The position numbers and the translations under genes are program-made. The notes under the pieces were generated by a model that worked only from the letters and a program-made list of their open reading frames with translations, did no database searches and had not been told where the DNA came from. From NCBI GenBank assembly GCA_963693095.2, contig OY843768.1, positions 448,001 to 512,000 of the forward strand: a DNA stretch of 64,000 bases. The letters run 5' to 3'. Source of the DNA: Cenarchaeum sp. (lineage in GTDB: Archaea; Thermoproteota; Nitrososphaeria; Nitrososphaerales; Nitrosopumilaceae). Positions within the stretch are counted from its first letter, which is position 1. Each line of letters opens with the position of its first letter. Below, piece by piece: positions 33,748-43,853 of this stretch.

Positions 33748-35244
33748 TCACTCTTTCTCTAGTGTGCGCTCCACCTGCACATCCCTATTGTATGCCATCT
33801 CGGTGACTTTTATGAACTCGTCTTGGGATATGCCCGTATCTGGGGAATGTTTGACTTTTACAATTTCATGGCCTCCACTGGGGCATTTTTTAAACATGTA
33901 TGGCGCCACATTGGCGTCGTCAATATGATCGGTTGCGCCGTCACAGTGCTTTTTCCTCTGCTCGTCTGTAAGTTGGCTCATTTTCACCAGCAGGCTTAGC
34001 TGTTCCAAAATGAACGGACTGTGGGTGCTTAGGAGCACATTGGCCTCTCTTTTCCTAATGTGCCTAACTATGTGGTTTGCCACCTTGATCTGGTTTGCGG
34101 GGTGGAGGTGCGCCTCGGGCTCCTCTATGATGAGCGTGTCTCCCTGCTGGGAGTAATCCTGGAAAAATGTGGGAAACGTGGCCATCTCGGCAATTCCTGA
34201 TGATGCCCTGTGCATCGGAATGTCCACGTTTTTGTCCCTGTACATCATGCTTGGCAATCCGACCTTTGGCTCTTTTACGACTACCTGGCCGCCGAACATG
34301 TCCCCTATCATCGGCTTGCCGTTCTTTTGAACCTGATCATGGCCTCGCTCGGTCATGTTAATCAATGCTGTTATGAAGTCATAGGACACTCCGGTGAGCT
34401 GCTCTACTTGTGACTGCGCACGCCCTGTATGGGAGGCGCCATTCATGATGCCTAATGTTACTGTCTTGTGTGCGGCTAGTATGCCAGAGCGCACTGCGGG
34501 CACATAGTGCGAGTCGGCGATCTCGCCTGTGACGTCCTGCATCACTCGCATCACTGACATGCCTAGAACGCGCAGTCCTAAATCCTGCCCCTCTAGCAGC
34601 CCTGCCAACATGCGCCCCCTGTGGTCATTCATCCCCTCCTCGCCGCCTGCAATGTTCCTGGGAGCGCCTCTCCAAATCCAGTTCATGGGGATCTCTCCTG
34701 CGTGATTTCCTATGACAAGTCGTGCGTCTTTTCTGGTTGCACTTATGGTGGTGCTGCCATCCATGGATATGCGCAACTCGACCCCGCCACGGCACATTAT
34801 TTTTATTTTGGCTGCCTTGCACCCTGTCCTCACAAGTTCGCCCAAATTGGATCCAAACACGTTCTGTATGCTGTCGTGCAATGTTTGGCGAAAGTGCTCT
34901 AGTGCCATGCGCTGCACGTCCCTTGCGCATTTAGTGGGAATCACGATGTCCTCTTTGCCAGATTTTTCTGCAATCTGGCCTATGGTTGCCAGAGTGGCCT
35001 GCAATTCAGGATCCGTGGCTTGGGTCTTGATCCATGCGCCAAGCGTCATGGGATTGACGCTATCCCTGTATGACGACAGTATAGAGTGCGCAAGCATTGC
35101 CGCGTATGTCTTGCCCGAGTTGTTGGGCCCGACGAACACAGTCAGCGGCTTTATCTTGAACCTGCCTTTGGCTATTGGCCCAAAATTGGTCACTTCCACG
35201 TCTAGCAGCACTCTTGTGCGATTCGTCGCTGCCTCTTGGCTCAC
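33748..35244 (-). CDS. ABC/SMC-like ATPase (AAA_15/AAA_21 type); start uncertain
   Basis: Motifs NFGPI, Walker A GPNNSGKT, signature ASSG, Walker B IIEEPEAHLHP and H-loop STHSP. Confidence 0.88.
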   Translation of the reverse strand: MSQEAATNRTRVLLDVEVTNFGPIAKGRFKIKPLTVFVGPNNSGKTYAAMLAHSILSSYRDSVNPMTLGAWIKTQATDPELQATLATIGQIAEKSGKEDIVIPTKCARDVQRMALEHFRQTLHDSIQNVFGSNLGELVRTGCKAAKIKIMCRGGVELRISMDGSTTISATRKDARLVIGNHAGEIPMNWIWRGAPRNIAGGEEGMNDHRGRMLAGLLEGQDLGLRVLGMSVMRVMQDVTGEIADSHYVPAVRSGILAAHKTVTLGIMNGASHTGRAQSQVEQLTGVSYDFITALINMTERGHDQVQKNGKPMIGDMFGGQVVVKEPKVGLPSMMYRDKNVDIPMHRASSGIAEMATFPTFFQDYSQQGDTLIIEEPEAHLHPANQIKVANHIVRHIRKREANVLLSTHSPFILEQLSLLVKMSQLTDEQRKKHCDGATDHIDDANVAPYMFKKCPSGGHEIVKVKHSPDTGISQDEFIKVTEMAYNRDVQVERTLEKE

Positions 35245-35436
35245 GGGGCTGGCACGTCCTGTGGGATATATGTGGCTTTGACTGACGCACGGCCCTATTT
35301 CGCGCATTTGTGGGCATTTGTCCTGCCCGCTGCATGTCACGCCCGCTGCCCGCACGCGCATCACCCCCTCGCGCCAACGTGCGCGCCTGCCACCCCCTGC
35401 TCAACTTATACGCCGGCGCCCCTTGAGCCCCCCGCG

Positions 35437-36153
35437 TTGACGACGCTCTTTCTTGACATCGAGACGGTGCCGGATCTTGATGCGGCCAGGTACAACGAGC
35501 TACGGGCGATGGTCGAGGCCGGCACCCTCTCACCTGATGTCGATCGCCTCGCATACTGGAAGTTCAAGAAAGCCGCGCTCTCGCCCATTGACGGGCGCGT
35601 CATGCTCATCACGTACAAGGTTAATAGCGCACACACGCACCACCTAAAAGAGTGGGAGGACGGCGAGAAAAAGATACTCGCCGACTTGTTTAGGCTGGTC
35701 TTTGACCTGCAGCGTGGGCTTGGCGAGGGCCTGCGCATCGTTGGCCACAATATCATGAAGTTTGACATTAACTTTCTCTATGAGCGAATGCGCCACCACG
35801 AGATAGCCGAGCCCGGAATCCTCTACACAAGGATGATCCGCCAGCCCCTAGTTGCGGACTTTTTGCAGATGCACCTGCCGCTCAATGACATGAACGGCAA
35901 GGGCCTAAAGCACGACGTTTTGGCGCACGCGTACGGCCTGCCGACAAAGTCCACGCAGGGCTCAGACGAGACGGCGCACTATTTTGACGCAGACTATGGC
36001 CGGATAATGGAATACTCGGAACGTGAATTTATCTATCCAGACATGTATGCAAAGATATGCTCGGACGGCCTCGTCTCGCGCGAGGCCCTGCAGGAGTCGA
36101 TACGCTGGTATGACTCGCTGCACGAGAATGACGCGCCGCGCACATCACTTTAG
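35437..36153 (+). CDS. Stand-alone DnaQ/PolB-like 3'-5' exonuclease domain protein
   Basis: ExoI LFLDIET and ExoII VGHNIMKFD; TTG start at 35437, TTATA upstream. Confidence 0.8.
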   Translation: MTTLFLDIETVPDLDAARYNELRAMVEAGTLSPDVDRLAYWKFKKAALSPIDGRVMLITYKVNSAHTHHLKEWEDGEKKILADLFRLVFDLQRGLGEGLRIVGHNIMKFDINFLYERMRHHEIAEPGILYTRMIRQPLVADFLQMHLPLNDMNGKGLKHDVLAHAYGLPTKSTQGSDETAHYFDADYGRIMEYSEREFIYPDMYAKICSDGLVSREALQESIRWYDSLHENDAPRTSL

Positions 36154-36699
36154 CGTGTCGAGTATCGAGAGGCCCATGAGTCCGGTCAGCGTGATGCCCC
36201 TCCTCGTCACGTCGCGCCGCGTCTTTTCACAGTACTTGTTGATGCCCTGGTGGCCACCAGAGACCTCTAGGACCATGATACTGTCGCTGAACGGGAACTC
36301 TAGGCGCGGCGGCACTCCGTAATAGCCCATGTGCGCGTGCGCCGCGCTCCCCACCCTGTCGCTCTTGCCGACAATGCGCGCAATCTCGCCCATTGCGTTT
36401 GCCGTGTCGCCATACTCTGTATAGTATATAGAGACAAAGTTCCTCTCGCCCTCTGTCTCGCGCTCAAAGAGGCTCTCATCGACGCCAAAGACAAAGGACG
36501 CGCTTGCGCACTCCCTTGCGGCGACCTCCCTGCCGGCCTCTGCGCAGTCACTGACCTTTGCGAGGAGATAGTGGTTGGCGCGCGGCGCAAAGTAGAGCTT
36601 GCCGTCATCCGAGAACGTCGCTGTCACAAAGTGCATCTCGCGCACATTGGGCGAGCCGGCCCATGCCTCCTTTAGCTCGACAGAACCGTGGTCATGCAT
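36145..36699 (-). CDS. Hypothetical protein
   Basis: ORF with host-like codon usage from MHDHGSVELKEAW; start uncertain. Confidence 0.65.
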   Translation of the reverse strand: MHDHGSVELKEAWAGSPNVREMHFVTATFSDDGKLYFAPRANHYLLAKVSDCAEAGREVAARECASASFVFGVDESLFERETEGERNFVSIYYTEYGDTANAMGEIARIVGKSDRVGSAAHAHMGYYGVPPRLEFPFSDSIMVLEVSGGHQGINKYCEKTRRDVTRRGITLTGLMGLSILDTLK

Positions 36700-36856
36700 G
36701 TACGGCGTGCATACGTACCCGCTTGTGCCCTGGGCGTGCCCTCCCACGGCGTGCGCAGGCGCGTCGGCGTATTTATGACTTGCCGGTGATCGCAGGGTTT
36801 CTCGGCGTGGGGTTCGGCGATAGTTATTTAACGCCGCGCCCTGCGGCGAGTGCCGT

Positions 36857-36977
36857 CCCAAGCTAGCTCAGCCTGGTAGAGCTCCCGGCTGTAGTTGCCG
36901 GCTTTGGGCTGGCGAAATGGCAGCATACTAGGCAGACAGAAACCGGGTTGTCGCAGGTTCAATTCCTGCGCTTGGGA
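36857..36977 (+). tRNA. tRNA-Tyr(GTA) with a 47-nt intron at 37/38 (36895-36941)
   Basis: Acceptor stem CCCAAGC/GCTTGGG with A73 (C1:G72 Tyr identity). The anticodon arm reads CCCGG-CT-GTA-G|intron|A-CCGGG, and CTGT/ACAG forms the central splice helix. Confidence 0.93.
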
Positions 36978-37023
36978 CACCATCCTTGTCGCGTGCGTGC
37001 GCCCTGCGCGCATGGCCCCTGCG

Positions 37024-38076
37024 CTAGGGGTTGATGACTGCCCTGCCGACTATCTTTCTTGCCTTTAGGTCAGAGAGTGCGGTGTTTGCGTCATCTAGGG
37101 AGTAGCGCCTCGAGACCATCGGCTTTATCGCGCCGCTCCTCGCAAGGCCGATGAGCTCGACCATGTCGTCATACGTTCCGGTGTATGCCCCCTGTATCGT
37201 TATTGCCCTGAGCGGGATGCTGACGAGCGTCAGGGGCAGGATGCCGCCAAAGAGGCCGACCATGACGATGTTGCCCCGCTTTCTGACGACCTCTAGGGCG
37301 AGTCCGGCAGTCGGCGGCGCGTTGACAAAGTCAATGACGCTCTCGGCGCCCGTCCCGCCGCACGCGTCGATGACCCTCTGCGCCACGCCCTCGCCGCTCG
37401 AGTTGACGGTGTGCGCGGCCCCCATCTCCCTGGCCGTCTCTAGCTTTGTGTCATCGAGGTCAACGCAGACAATGTTTGCCTCTGTGATCGCGTGCGCGAT
37501 CTGGACGCCCATGAGGCCCAGGCCGCCGGCGCCGATAATGACAATGTTCTTTGGTTTTGATTCTGCGGCCCTCTTTACTGCAGTGTATGCCGTGAGGCCA
37601 GAGCACGCAAGCGATGTCGCCTCGTCCATGCCCACGCCGTCGATCCTTGCGAGGTACTTTTGGCTAGGAACCGTCATCGTCTCGGCATACCCGCCGTCCT
37701 GGAATATGCCCATCGACCTTGGCGCGTCGCAGACGTTCTCCATGCCCTTTTCGCATGCAGGGCACGAGCCGCATCCCGCCCACGGGTACACGAGAACCTC
37801 GTCTCCTATCGCAAACCCGCCGGCCCCCTCGCCGAGCTCCTCTACGGTGCCGGCGACCTCGTGGCCGGGCGTGACCGGAAAGCTCACCCCCCTGTCAGTC
37901 ACCTTTAGGACCTTGCCGTCGCCCATGTCGTACCCCCCCTCCCAGAGGTGCAGGTCACTGTGGCACACGCCCGTGGCGCGCACGCGGATGCGGATCTCGC
38001 CTGCCTGCACGCTGCGATCAGGCGTCTCGGCGATCTCTAGTGGACGGCCCGCGGCGATGATTCTTGCGGCCTTCAT
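37024..38076 (-). CDS. Zinc-dependent (MDR) alcohol dehydrogenase
   Basis: Motifs GVCHSD, GHE, C.SC.AC......NVC and GAGGLG. Confidence 0.93.
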   Translation of the reverse strand: MKAARIIAAGRPLEIAETPDRSVQAGEIRIRVRATGVCHSDLHLWEGGYDMGDGKVLKVTDRGVSFPVTPGHEVAGTVEELGEGAGGFAIGDEVLVYPWAGCGSCPACEKGMENVCDAPRSMGIFQDGGYAETMTVPSQKYLARIDGVGMDEATSLACSGLTAYTAVKRAAESKPKNIVIIGAGGLGLMGVQIAHAITEANIVCVDLDDTKLETAREMGAAHTVNSSGEGVAQRVIDACGGTGAESVIDFVNAPPTAGLALEVVRKRGNIVMVGLFGGILPLTLVSIPLRAITIQGAYTGTYDDMVELIGLARSGAIKPMVSRRYSLDDANTALSDLKARKIVGRAVINP

Positions 38077-38174
38077 TGGGTGCCGCTCCTGGGCCTAACA
38101 ATATAAGAGTTGACTGGCCAAGGCAAAAAAGTAGAGCGCACCGTAATTATCTGGGATTTGCGCGCCACTGCGCC

Positions 38175-38852
38175 ATGGAGGAGGCAGTTGCGCGCAAGGA
38201 TCTCTCCGAGGAGCCGGTAAGCATACTCTTCAATCCTGCCTCGCTGAGCAAAAAGAACGTCTGGGACGTCGATATAGTGGCCATCCTGGACATTCTCGTG
38301 GCGATCCTCGAAAAGTCCGGCAAGAAGGACCTTCGGGTCGCCGGCATGGCGGCCCTCACGTCCTCGCTCATATACCGCCTAAAGGTCGAGAGCATATTCG
38401 CGCTCCACAGGGAGGCTGACAGGGTCGCCCCACGGCAGCGGCGCGACGTCGACATTCAGATGATCGGCGTCCCGTACCGCCACGAGTCGACATCGCCCGT
38501 CTCCCTTGATGACCTCCTTGGCCTCCTTGAGAGCCTCATCATGACTATTGCCAACCCGCGCGAGCGCCGGCGCAGCAAGCTACTCGAGCCGGCCGAGCCG
38601 CCGGACTTTGAGGACTATTTCGTCTCGATTGAGAGCATAATCGGCAAGTACGAGGATCTCCTTGTGCGCAAGGCCGGCCCGAGCGGGACTGCGCTTTTGG
38701 GGGATATCGTCTCTGGCCTTGAGCTCATCGACCGCATACGCTGCTTTTTTGCCGCGCTGTTTCTTGCTCGTGACGCGCGCGCCGAGCTCGAGCAGGAGGG
38801 CGATGACATTCGCATAACGCTCGTCGGCGAGGCGCAGCAGACGGGGGCATAG
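38175..38852 (+). CDS. scpA: Segregation/condensation protein A (kleisin)
   Basis: Motifs WDVDI, L.RLK, VSLDDLL and F.A.LFL..Q....I; upstream of scpB. Confidence 0.85.
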   Translation: MEEAVARKDLSEEPVSILFNPASLSKKNVWDVDIVAILDILVAILEKSGKKDLRVAGMAALTSSLIYRLKVESIFALHREADRVAPRQRRDVDIQMIGVPYRHESTSPVSLDDLLGLLESLIMTIANPRERRRSKLLEPAEPPDFEDYFVSIESIIGKYEDLLVRKAGPSGTALLGDIVSGLELIDRIRCFFAALFLARDARAELEQEGDDIRITLVGEAQQTGA

Positions 38853-38859
38853 CCGGCAC

Positions 38860-39402
38860 ATGACAAAGGTTGACAGCACGCGCGAGGCGACGGCCAGGGT
38901 CGAGGCCGCACTCTACTCCTCTGGCCGGCCGATGCGAATAGAGGAGCTCATTCGCGCATCTGGGACAGAGTCGCGCCCGCGCACGCTTGCCATTCTAGAG
39001 TCGATAATAAAGCGCGCACGCGCGGCCTTTTGCGCGATCGAGGTGATCAGGCAGCCTGACGGCTCGTACGTGCTGCAGCTAAAGCCCGAGTATAGCGGCA
39101 CGATCCGCCGCTATGCGTCAAAGCCGATTCTCCCAAACTCGACGCTAAAGACGCTCTCTTATATCGTCTATGCGCAGCCAGTCTCGTCGAAGGACCTCGT
39201 CGAGGTTCGCGGGACCGGCGTGTACTCGCACCTAAAGGAGCTGCGCCAGCTCGACTTTGTGCGCCACGAGTCTGTCGGCCGCACAAAGATATTCTCGACG
39301 ACAGTAAAGTTCCAAAAGTACTTTGGCGTGTCAGGTGATGACCTAAAGGCCCAGATATTCTCGAGCAAAAAGGCAAGGGGTCGCGCAGTGGCCGCCACCT
39401 AG
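38860..39402 (+). CDS. scpB: SMC-Scp complex subunit ScpB
   Basis: Motifs VEAALY, LKTLSYIVY.QP, RG...H...L and TT.KF..YFG. Confidence 0.92.
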   Translation: MTKVDSTREATARVEAALYSSGRPMRIEELIRASGTESRPRTLAILESIIKRARAAFCAIEVIRQPDGSYVLQLKPEYSGTIRRYASKPILPNSTLKTLSYIVYAQPVSSKDLVEVRGTGVYSHLKELRQLDFVRHESVGRTKIFSTTVKFQKYFGVSGDDLKAQIFSSKKARGRAVAAT

Positions 39403-39628
39403 CGCGCGCAATGCGGGCTCTGCCCCTGGCCGCACGCCTCGCCGGAGCCTATGGTGCTGCGCCTCCTGCCGTGTGCGCCGGGGGCTGGCCTGCGCCGGGG
39501 CGCACCGAGCGGTGCGGTTCCTTTCTGCCCTGCTTCCCTGTGGCGCACACCGTGGACCCTGCTGCGTCTGGCGCGCGACGGTGAGCCATGGCTAACTATT
39601 TTTAAGTGGGCGCGTGCGCTCATCCCGC

Positions 39629-40411
39629 ATGGTCGACGGGCGAGCGCTTCGCATGGGGCGCATCATGCGCAAGGGCAAGATGCTCTGCATTCCGATGGAC
39701 CACGGCATATCCAACGGGCCCATTGCGGGCCTGGAGGACCCACACTCGGTCATATCGGCGTGTGACGGCCATGGCCTCACGTGCGTTATCCTCAACAAGG
39801 GCATCGTGCGCACGATGCCCTCGCCGCCACAGGCGGGCATACTGGTCCACTTTTCGGCTAGCACGTCGCTCTCGCCGTACCCGAACAGAAAGATGATCAC
39901 CGGCACAGTCGAGGAAGCCGTGCGCATCGGCGCTGATGGCGTCTCGCTCCACATCAACGTCGGCGGCAAGGAGGAGCCCGAGATGCTCGAGCAGCTCGGC
40001 ACGGTGGCTGACGCGTGCGACGAGTGGGGCATGCCGCTTCTCGCAATGATGTACCCGCGCGGGGAGAACATTGGCGATCCGCACGACGAGGCGACCGTGG
40101 CCCATGCGGCGCGCATCGGCGCCGAGTGCGGCGCAGACATTGTAAAGACGGTCTATACGGGAGATGCGGACTCGTTTGCGCGCGTTGTGAGGTCCACGCC
40201 GGTTCCCGTCGTTATAGCCGGCGGGCCGCGCGCCGAGACTGACATGGACACGCTGGCAATGACTGCTGACGCAATGCGCGCCGGTGCCGCCGGCGTGACA
40301 TACGGGAGGAACATCTTTGCGCACGCCTCGCCACCACGCATGGTCGAGTCACTCGCTGGCATAATATTTGACGGCAAGTCCGCAGCAGAGGCCGCAGAGG
40401 GACTTGGCTAG
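39629..40411 (+). CDS. 2-amino-3,7-dideoxy-D-threo-hept-6-ulosonate synthase (AroA')
   Basis: DhnA-type aldolase motifs PMDHG, MMYPRG, GADIVKT, AGGP and GRNIF; first gene of the shikimate operon. Confidence 0.92.
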   Translation: MVDGRALRMGRIMRKGKMLCIPMDHGISNGPIAGLEDPHSVISACDGHGLTCVILNKGIVRTMPSPPQAGILVHFSASTSLSPYPNRKMITGTVEEAVRIGADGVSLHINVGGKEEPEMLEQLGTVADACDEWGMPLLAMMYPRGENIGDPHDEATVAHAARIGAECGADIVKTVYTGDADSFARVVRSTPVPVVIAGGPRAETDMDTLAMTADAMRAGAAGVTYGRNIFAHASPPRMVESLAGIIFDGKSAAEAAEGLG

Positions 40412-41462
40412 CGCGCGCGAGCTAGTCATTGTGCCAAAGGTCGCGCGCTCGCGCCTTGGCGCCTTTGCGCGCGAGGCGATCTCGGCGGGCGCGACGATGG
40501 TCTATGCCGATCCCGCAGCGCTAGGTTCCGCGCGCGTCCCCACAATGCACACGTCACAGTCAGCCGGCCATGTGGTCCTCGAGGGCTCGGCGCGTCCGCG
40601 CCGCGCGCGCGGCAAAAAGGTGGGCCGGCGCTTTAGGATACTCTCAAATGACGACATTGACGGGGTTCTCAAGGCCGCATCGGCCGGACTAGACTTTGTC
40701 ATTGTCGATGTGAGGGACTGGAGGATAATCCCGCTAGAGAACGTTATCGCAAAGCTCCACAAGGCCCACACGCGCATATTTGCCTCAGCGCGCACGCCTG
40801 CCGAGGTCCGCAAGATGTTCTCGATACTCGAGGTCGGAGTTGACGGCGTCATATTCACGGCGTCCTCGATAGGGGCGGTGCGCGAGGCCACGCTGTACCT
40901 GGGCTCCAAAAAGTTCGGCCTCGAGGCGGCCAGGGTGACTGAGGTCCGTGAGGTCGGCGACGGCGAGCGCGTCTGCGTGGACACGGCCTCGATGCTCCAC
41001 AGGGGCGAGGGGATGCTTGTGGGGAGCCAGTCCAACTTTATGTTTCTCGTGCACAACGAGTCAGTCGGCTCGTCGTTCACCTCACCGCGCCCGTTTCGCG
41101 TCAACGCCGGCGCGGTCCACTGCTATACGACGATGCCTGATGGAACGACTAGCTATCTGTCAGAGCTAGAGTCAGGCAGCGAGATACTCGTCATGGGTCG
41201 CGGGGGAAACGCGCGGCGCGCCACAGTCGGGCGCTCAAAGATCGAGCGGCGCCCAATGCTCCTTGTAAAGGCCGAGACGTCCGGCGGCTCTGGCGGGATA
41301 ATAGCGCAGGACGCCGAGACGATACGCTTTGTAAAGCCCGGCGGGAGCCTGGTCTCAGTCACGCACCTAAAGCGCGGTGACTCTGTCATGGTGCACTCTG
41401 CACCTGCGCGCGGGAGGCACTTTGGGATGGAGGTCTCTGACGAGTACATCCTTGAAAAGTGA
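40404..41462 (+). CDS. 3-dehydroquinate synthase II (AroB')
   Basis: Motifs W.IIPLEN.IA, G.RVCVDT, RPFRVNAG.VH and RHFG....E...EK. Confidence 0.94.
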   Translation: MASARELVIVPKVARSRLGAFAREAISAGATMVYADPAALGSARVPTMHTSQSAGHVVLEGSARPRRARGKKVGRRFRILSNDDIDGVLKAASAGLDFVIVDVRDWRIIPLENVIAKLHKAHTRIFASARTPAEVRKMFSILEVGVDGVIFTASSIGAVREATLYLGSKKFGLEAARVTEVREVGDGERVCVDTASMLHRGEGMLVGSQSNFMFLVHNESVGSSFTSPRPFRVNAGAVHCYTTMPDGTTSYLSELESGSEILVMGRGGNARRATVGRSKIERRPMLLVKAETSGGSGGIIAQDAETIRFVKPGGSLVSVTHLKRGDSVMVHSAPARGRHFGMEVSDEYILEK

Positions 41463-42147
41463 GGCCAAATACCGGACGTGCGTGTCAGTTGCCGAGCCGA
41501 CGCCGCGCAAGATGGCATCCTCGCTGCGCCGCGCCATGGCGAGCTCTGACTATGCGGAGCTCCGCCTGGACTTTATGCGCGCAGCCGACGTGCCTGACGC
41601 ACTCGAGCTTGCCGTGCCATACATGCACAGGTGCGTCTGCACGCTGCGCCCAATGCACGAGGGCGGCAGGTTTGCCGGCACCGAGGAGGAGCGCATATCG
41701 ACACTAAAGCTCGCCGCCGAATACTCGCCGATGCTCCTTGATGTCGAGCTGCGCACAATGTCCTCGCGCGCCTCGCTCCGGCGGTACCTGTCTGGCGCCG
41801 GCGCGCGCGTCCTCGTCTCGTGGCACGACTTTTCGGGGACCCCGTCAGCCGGCGCGCTCAGGGCGCGCCTTGCCTCGATGTCGCGCTACTCGAGTGACAT
41901 CAAGATTGTCACGACGGCGCGCTCTGAGCTTGACCCCTCGCGTGTCCTTGCGCTCTATGCGCACGCGGCGCCCTCGAGGCTAGTCGCCTTCTGCATGGGC
42001 GAGGCCGGCCGCGCCTCGCGCGTGCTCTGCCTGTGCCTTGGCAGCCCGTTCACGTACGCCTCGCTAGGGGCTCCGGTCGCTGCCGGCCAGATGCGCATAG
42101 GCGAGCTCAGGCGCCTCCTGCCCGCGCAGGCACGCTATACCCTTTAA
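41452..42147 (+). CDS. aroD: Type I 3-dehydroquinate dehydratase
   Basis: Motifs ELRLD, T.R...EGG, SWHDF, MG..G..SR and A.GQ. Confidence 0.92.
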   Translation: MKSEAKYRTCVSVAEPTPRKMASSLRRAMASSDYAELRLDFMRAADVPDALELAVPYMHRCVCTLRPMHEGGRFAGTEEERISTLKLAAEYSPMLLDVELRTMSSRASLRRYLSGAGARVLVSWHDFSGTPSAGALRARLASMSRYSSDIKIVTTARSELDPSRVLALYAHAAPSRLVAFCMGEAGRASRVLCLCLGSPFTYASLGAPVAAGQMRIGELRRLLPAQARYTL

Positions 42148-42999
42148 ATGACGAGTGCCCAAATACCCGCCGTGCAGGGGACATACGCCGTGATAGGCGA
42201 CCCGATTGACCACTCGCTCTCGCCGGCTGCCCACAATGCGGCATTTCGCGAGCTCGGGATGGACTCGTCATACATCGCATACAGGATACGGCGCGGCGAC
42301 CTGCGTGATGGCCTCGAGTCCCTTGCCGCTGCGCGCATCGTGGGCTTTAACGTGACGATCCCGCACAAGGTTGACATTATGGAGTACCTTGACTCGACTG
42401 ATGCCGAATGTGAGGATGTCGGCGCATGCAACACGGTCAGCATCGACGGCGGTCGCCTCAAGGGCCACAACACGGACGTGCGCGGCTTTGTGGATCCGTT
42501 CACGAGGCGCGACATACGCGTGAGGGGCAGGACGGCCCTCGTGCTGGGTTCAGGCGGCGCTGCGCGCGCAGTCGTCCTTGGCCTTGCGCGCAGCGGGGTG
42601 AGCAGCATTGTGGTTGCGGCCCGCTCGCCGGCACGTGCGCAGGATCTCGTCGCACTCGCCGGCCGTTCCGGCGTTGCTGCCTCGCATGTCGGGATGGACG
42701 GTGCGGCCGGCGCTGCGGCCGATTCTGGCGTCATCGTCAACGCCACGCCGATCGGGATGGGCGGCGAGGAGAGCCCAGTTCCTGCCGCCTCTATCGGGGC
42801 CGACTCTGTGGTCTATGACATCGTGTACAGGCCAATGAAGACGGCACTCATCGAGTGCGCGCTTGCGCGCGGCGCAACAGTCGTGTACGGCCATGAGATG
42901 CTCGTGGGACAGGCAATGGGATCATTTGAGATATGGCATGGCGTTCCGGCGCCGTACGGTCCGATGAGGGGGGCAATCCTGGGGGTTGGCCACGCATGA
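42148..42999 (+). CDS. aroE: Shikimate dehydrogenase
   Basis: Motifs GDPIDHSLSP, NVTIPHK, GACNT, NTD and NATPIGM. Confidence 0.95.
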   Translation: MTSAQIPAVQGTYAVIGDPIDHSLSPAAHNAAFRELGMDSSYIAYRIRRGDLRDGLESLAAARIVGFNVTIPHKVDIMEYLDSTDAECEDVGACNTVSIDGGRLKGHNTDVRGFVDPFTRRDIRVRGRTALVLGSGGAARAVVLGLARSGVSSIVVAARSPARAQDLVALAGRSGVAASHVGMDGAAGAAADSGVIVNATPIGMGGEESPVPAASIGADSVVYDIVYRPMKTALIECALARGATVVYGHEMLVGQAMGSFEIWHGVPAPYGPMRGAILGVGHA

Positions 43000-43853
43000 T
43001 GCGCACGCGCGCCGAGATATTTGGCGCAATATCGCTTGTCAACGCCATTGCGACGGGGCGCGGCGCCACAATGGGCGTTGCGCTAAAGACCACATGCACG
43101 CTTGATGTGATGCCGGGCACGGGCATCACGGTAAAGTCCGGCATGCGCAGCCTGAGCTCGCGCCTCGTCGAGACTACTGTCGAGCGCGTTGTGGCAAAGC
43201 GCGACCTCGCAAAGTACGCGCTGCGCGTGCAGCTCGAGTCAGACGTCCCGTCCGGATACGGCCTAAAGAGCTCTAGTGCCATATCGCTGGCAGTCGCCAT
43301 GTGCTGCTCGCACGCGCTCCATCCCGGAATGTCAGACCGTGCGCTCCTCGTGGCCAGCGCCGAGGCGTCGATCTCGGCGCGAGTGAGCATAACTGGCGCG
43401 TACGATGACGCGTGCGCGTGCTATTATGGGGGAATCAACATTACTGACAACACGGCGCGTCGCCTCGTGCGCCACCAGGACGCGCCAGATGACCTTGATG
43501 TGGCCATACTCATCCCGCGCGCCCGAAAGCGCGGCAAGCCGCGCGAGCTGCGCGAGCTGCGCGCGCCCATGCGCGCCGCCTGGGACATGGCCCGCGACCA
43601 TGACGACTATTGGAACGCGATGACGCTAAACGGCCTTGCCGCAACGCCTGTCCTCGGTCCGGACACTGGCGCCATAGCGTCACTCATCGAGGCTGGCGCC
43701 CTCGGCGCGTCAGTCTCGGGCAACGGGCCGGCGGTGGCCGCCGTCGCGCCGCACGGCGACATTGGCGCCGTGGCCGGCGTCCTCTCGTCGATGGGCGGGC
43801 GCGTGATTCGCACGACGCCGAGCTGCCAAAAGGCGCGGTGCTCCATACTTTGA
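42996..43853 (+). CDS. aroK: Archaeal (GHMP-type) shikimate kinase
   Basis: Motifs NAIATG.G, P.G.GLKSSSA, TGAYDD and SG.GP. Confidence 0.93.
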   Translation: MMRTRAEIFGAISLVNAIATGRGATMGVALKTTCTLDVMPGTGITVKSGMRSLSSRLVETTVERVVAKRDLAKYALRVQLESDVPSGYGLKSSSAISLAVAMCCSHALHPGMSDRALLVASAEASISARVSITGAYDDACACYYGGINITDNTARRLVRHQDAPDDLDVAILIPRARKRGKPRELRELRAPMRAAWDMARDHDDYWNAMTLNGLAATPVLGPDTGAIASLIEAGALGASVSGNGPAVAAVAPHGDIGAVAGVLSSMGGRVIRTTPSCQKARCSIL

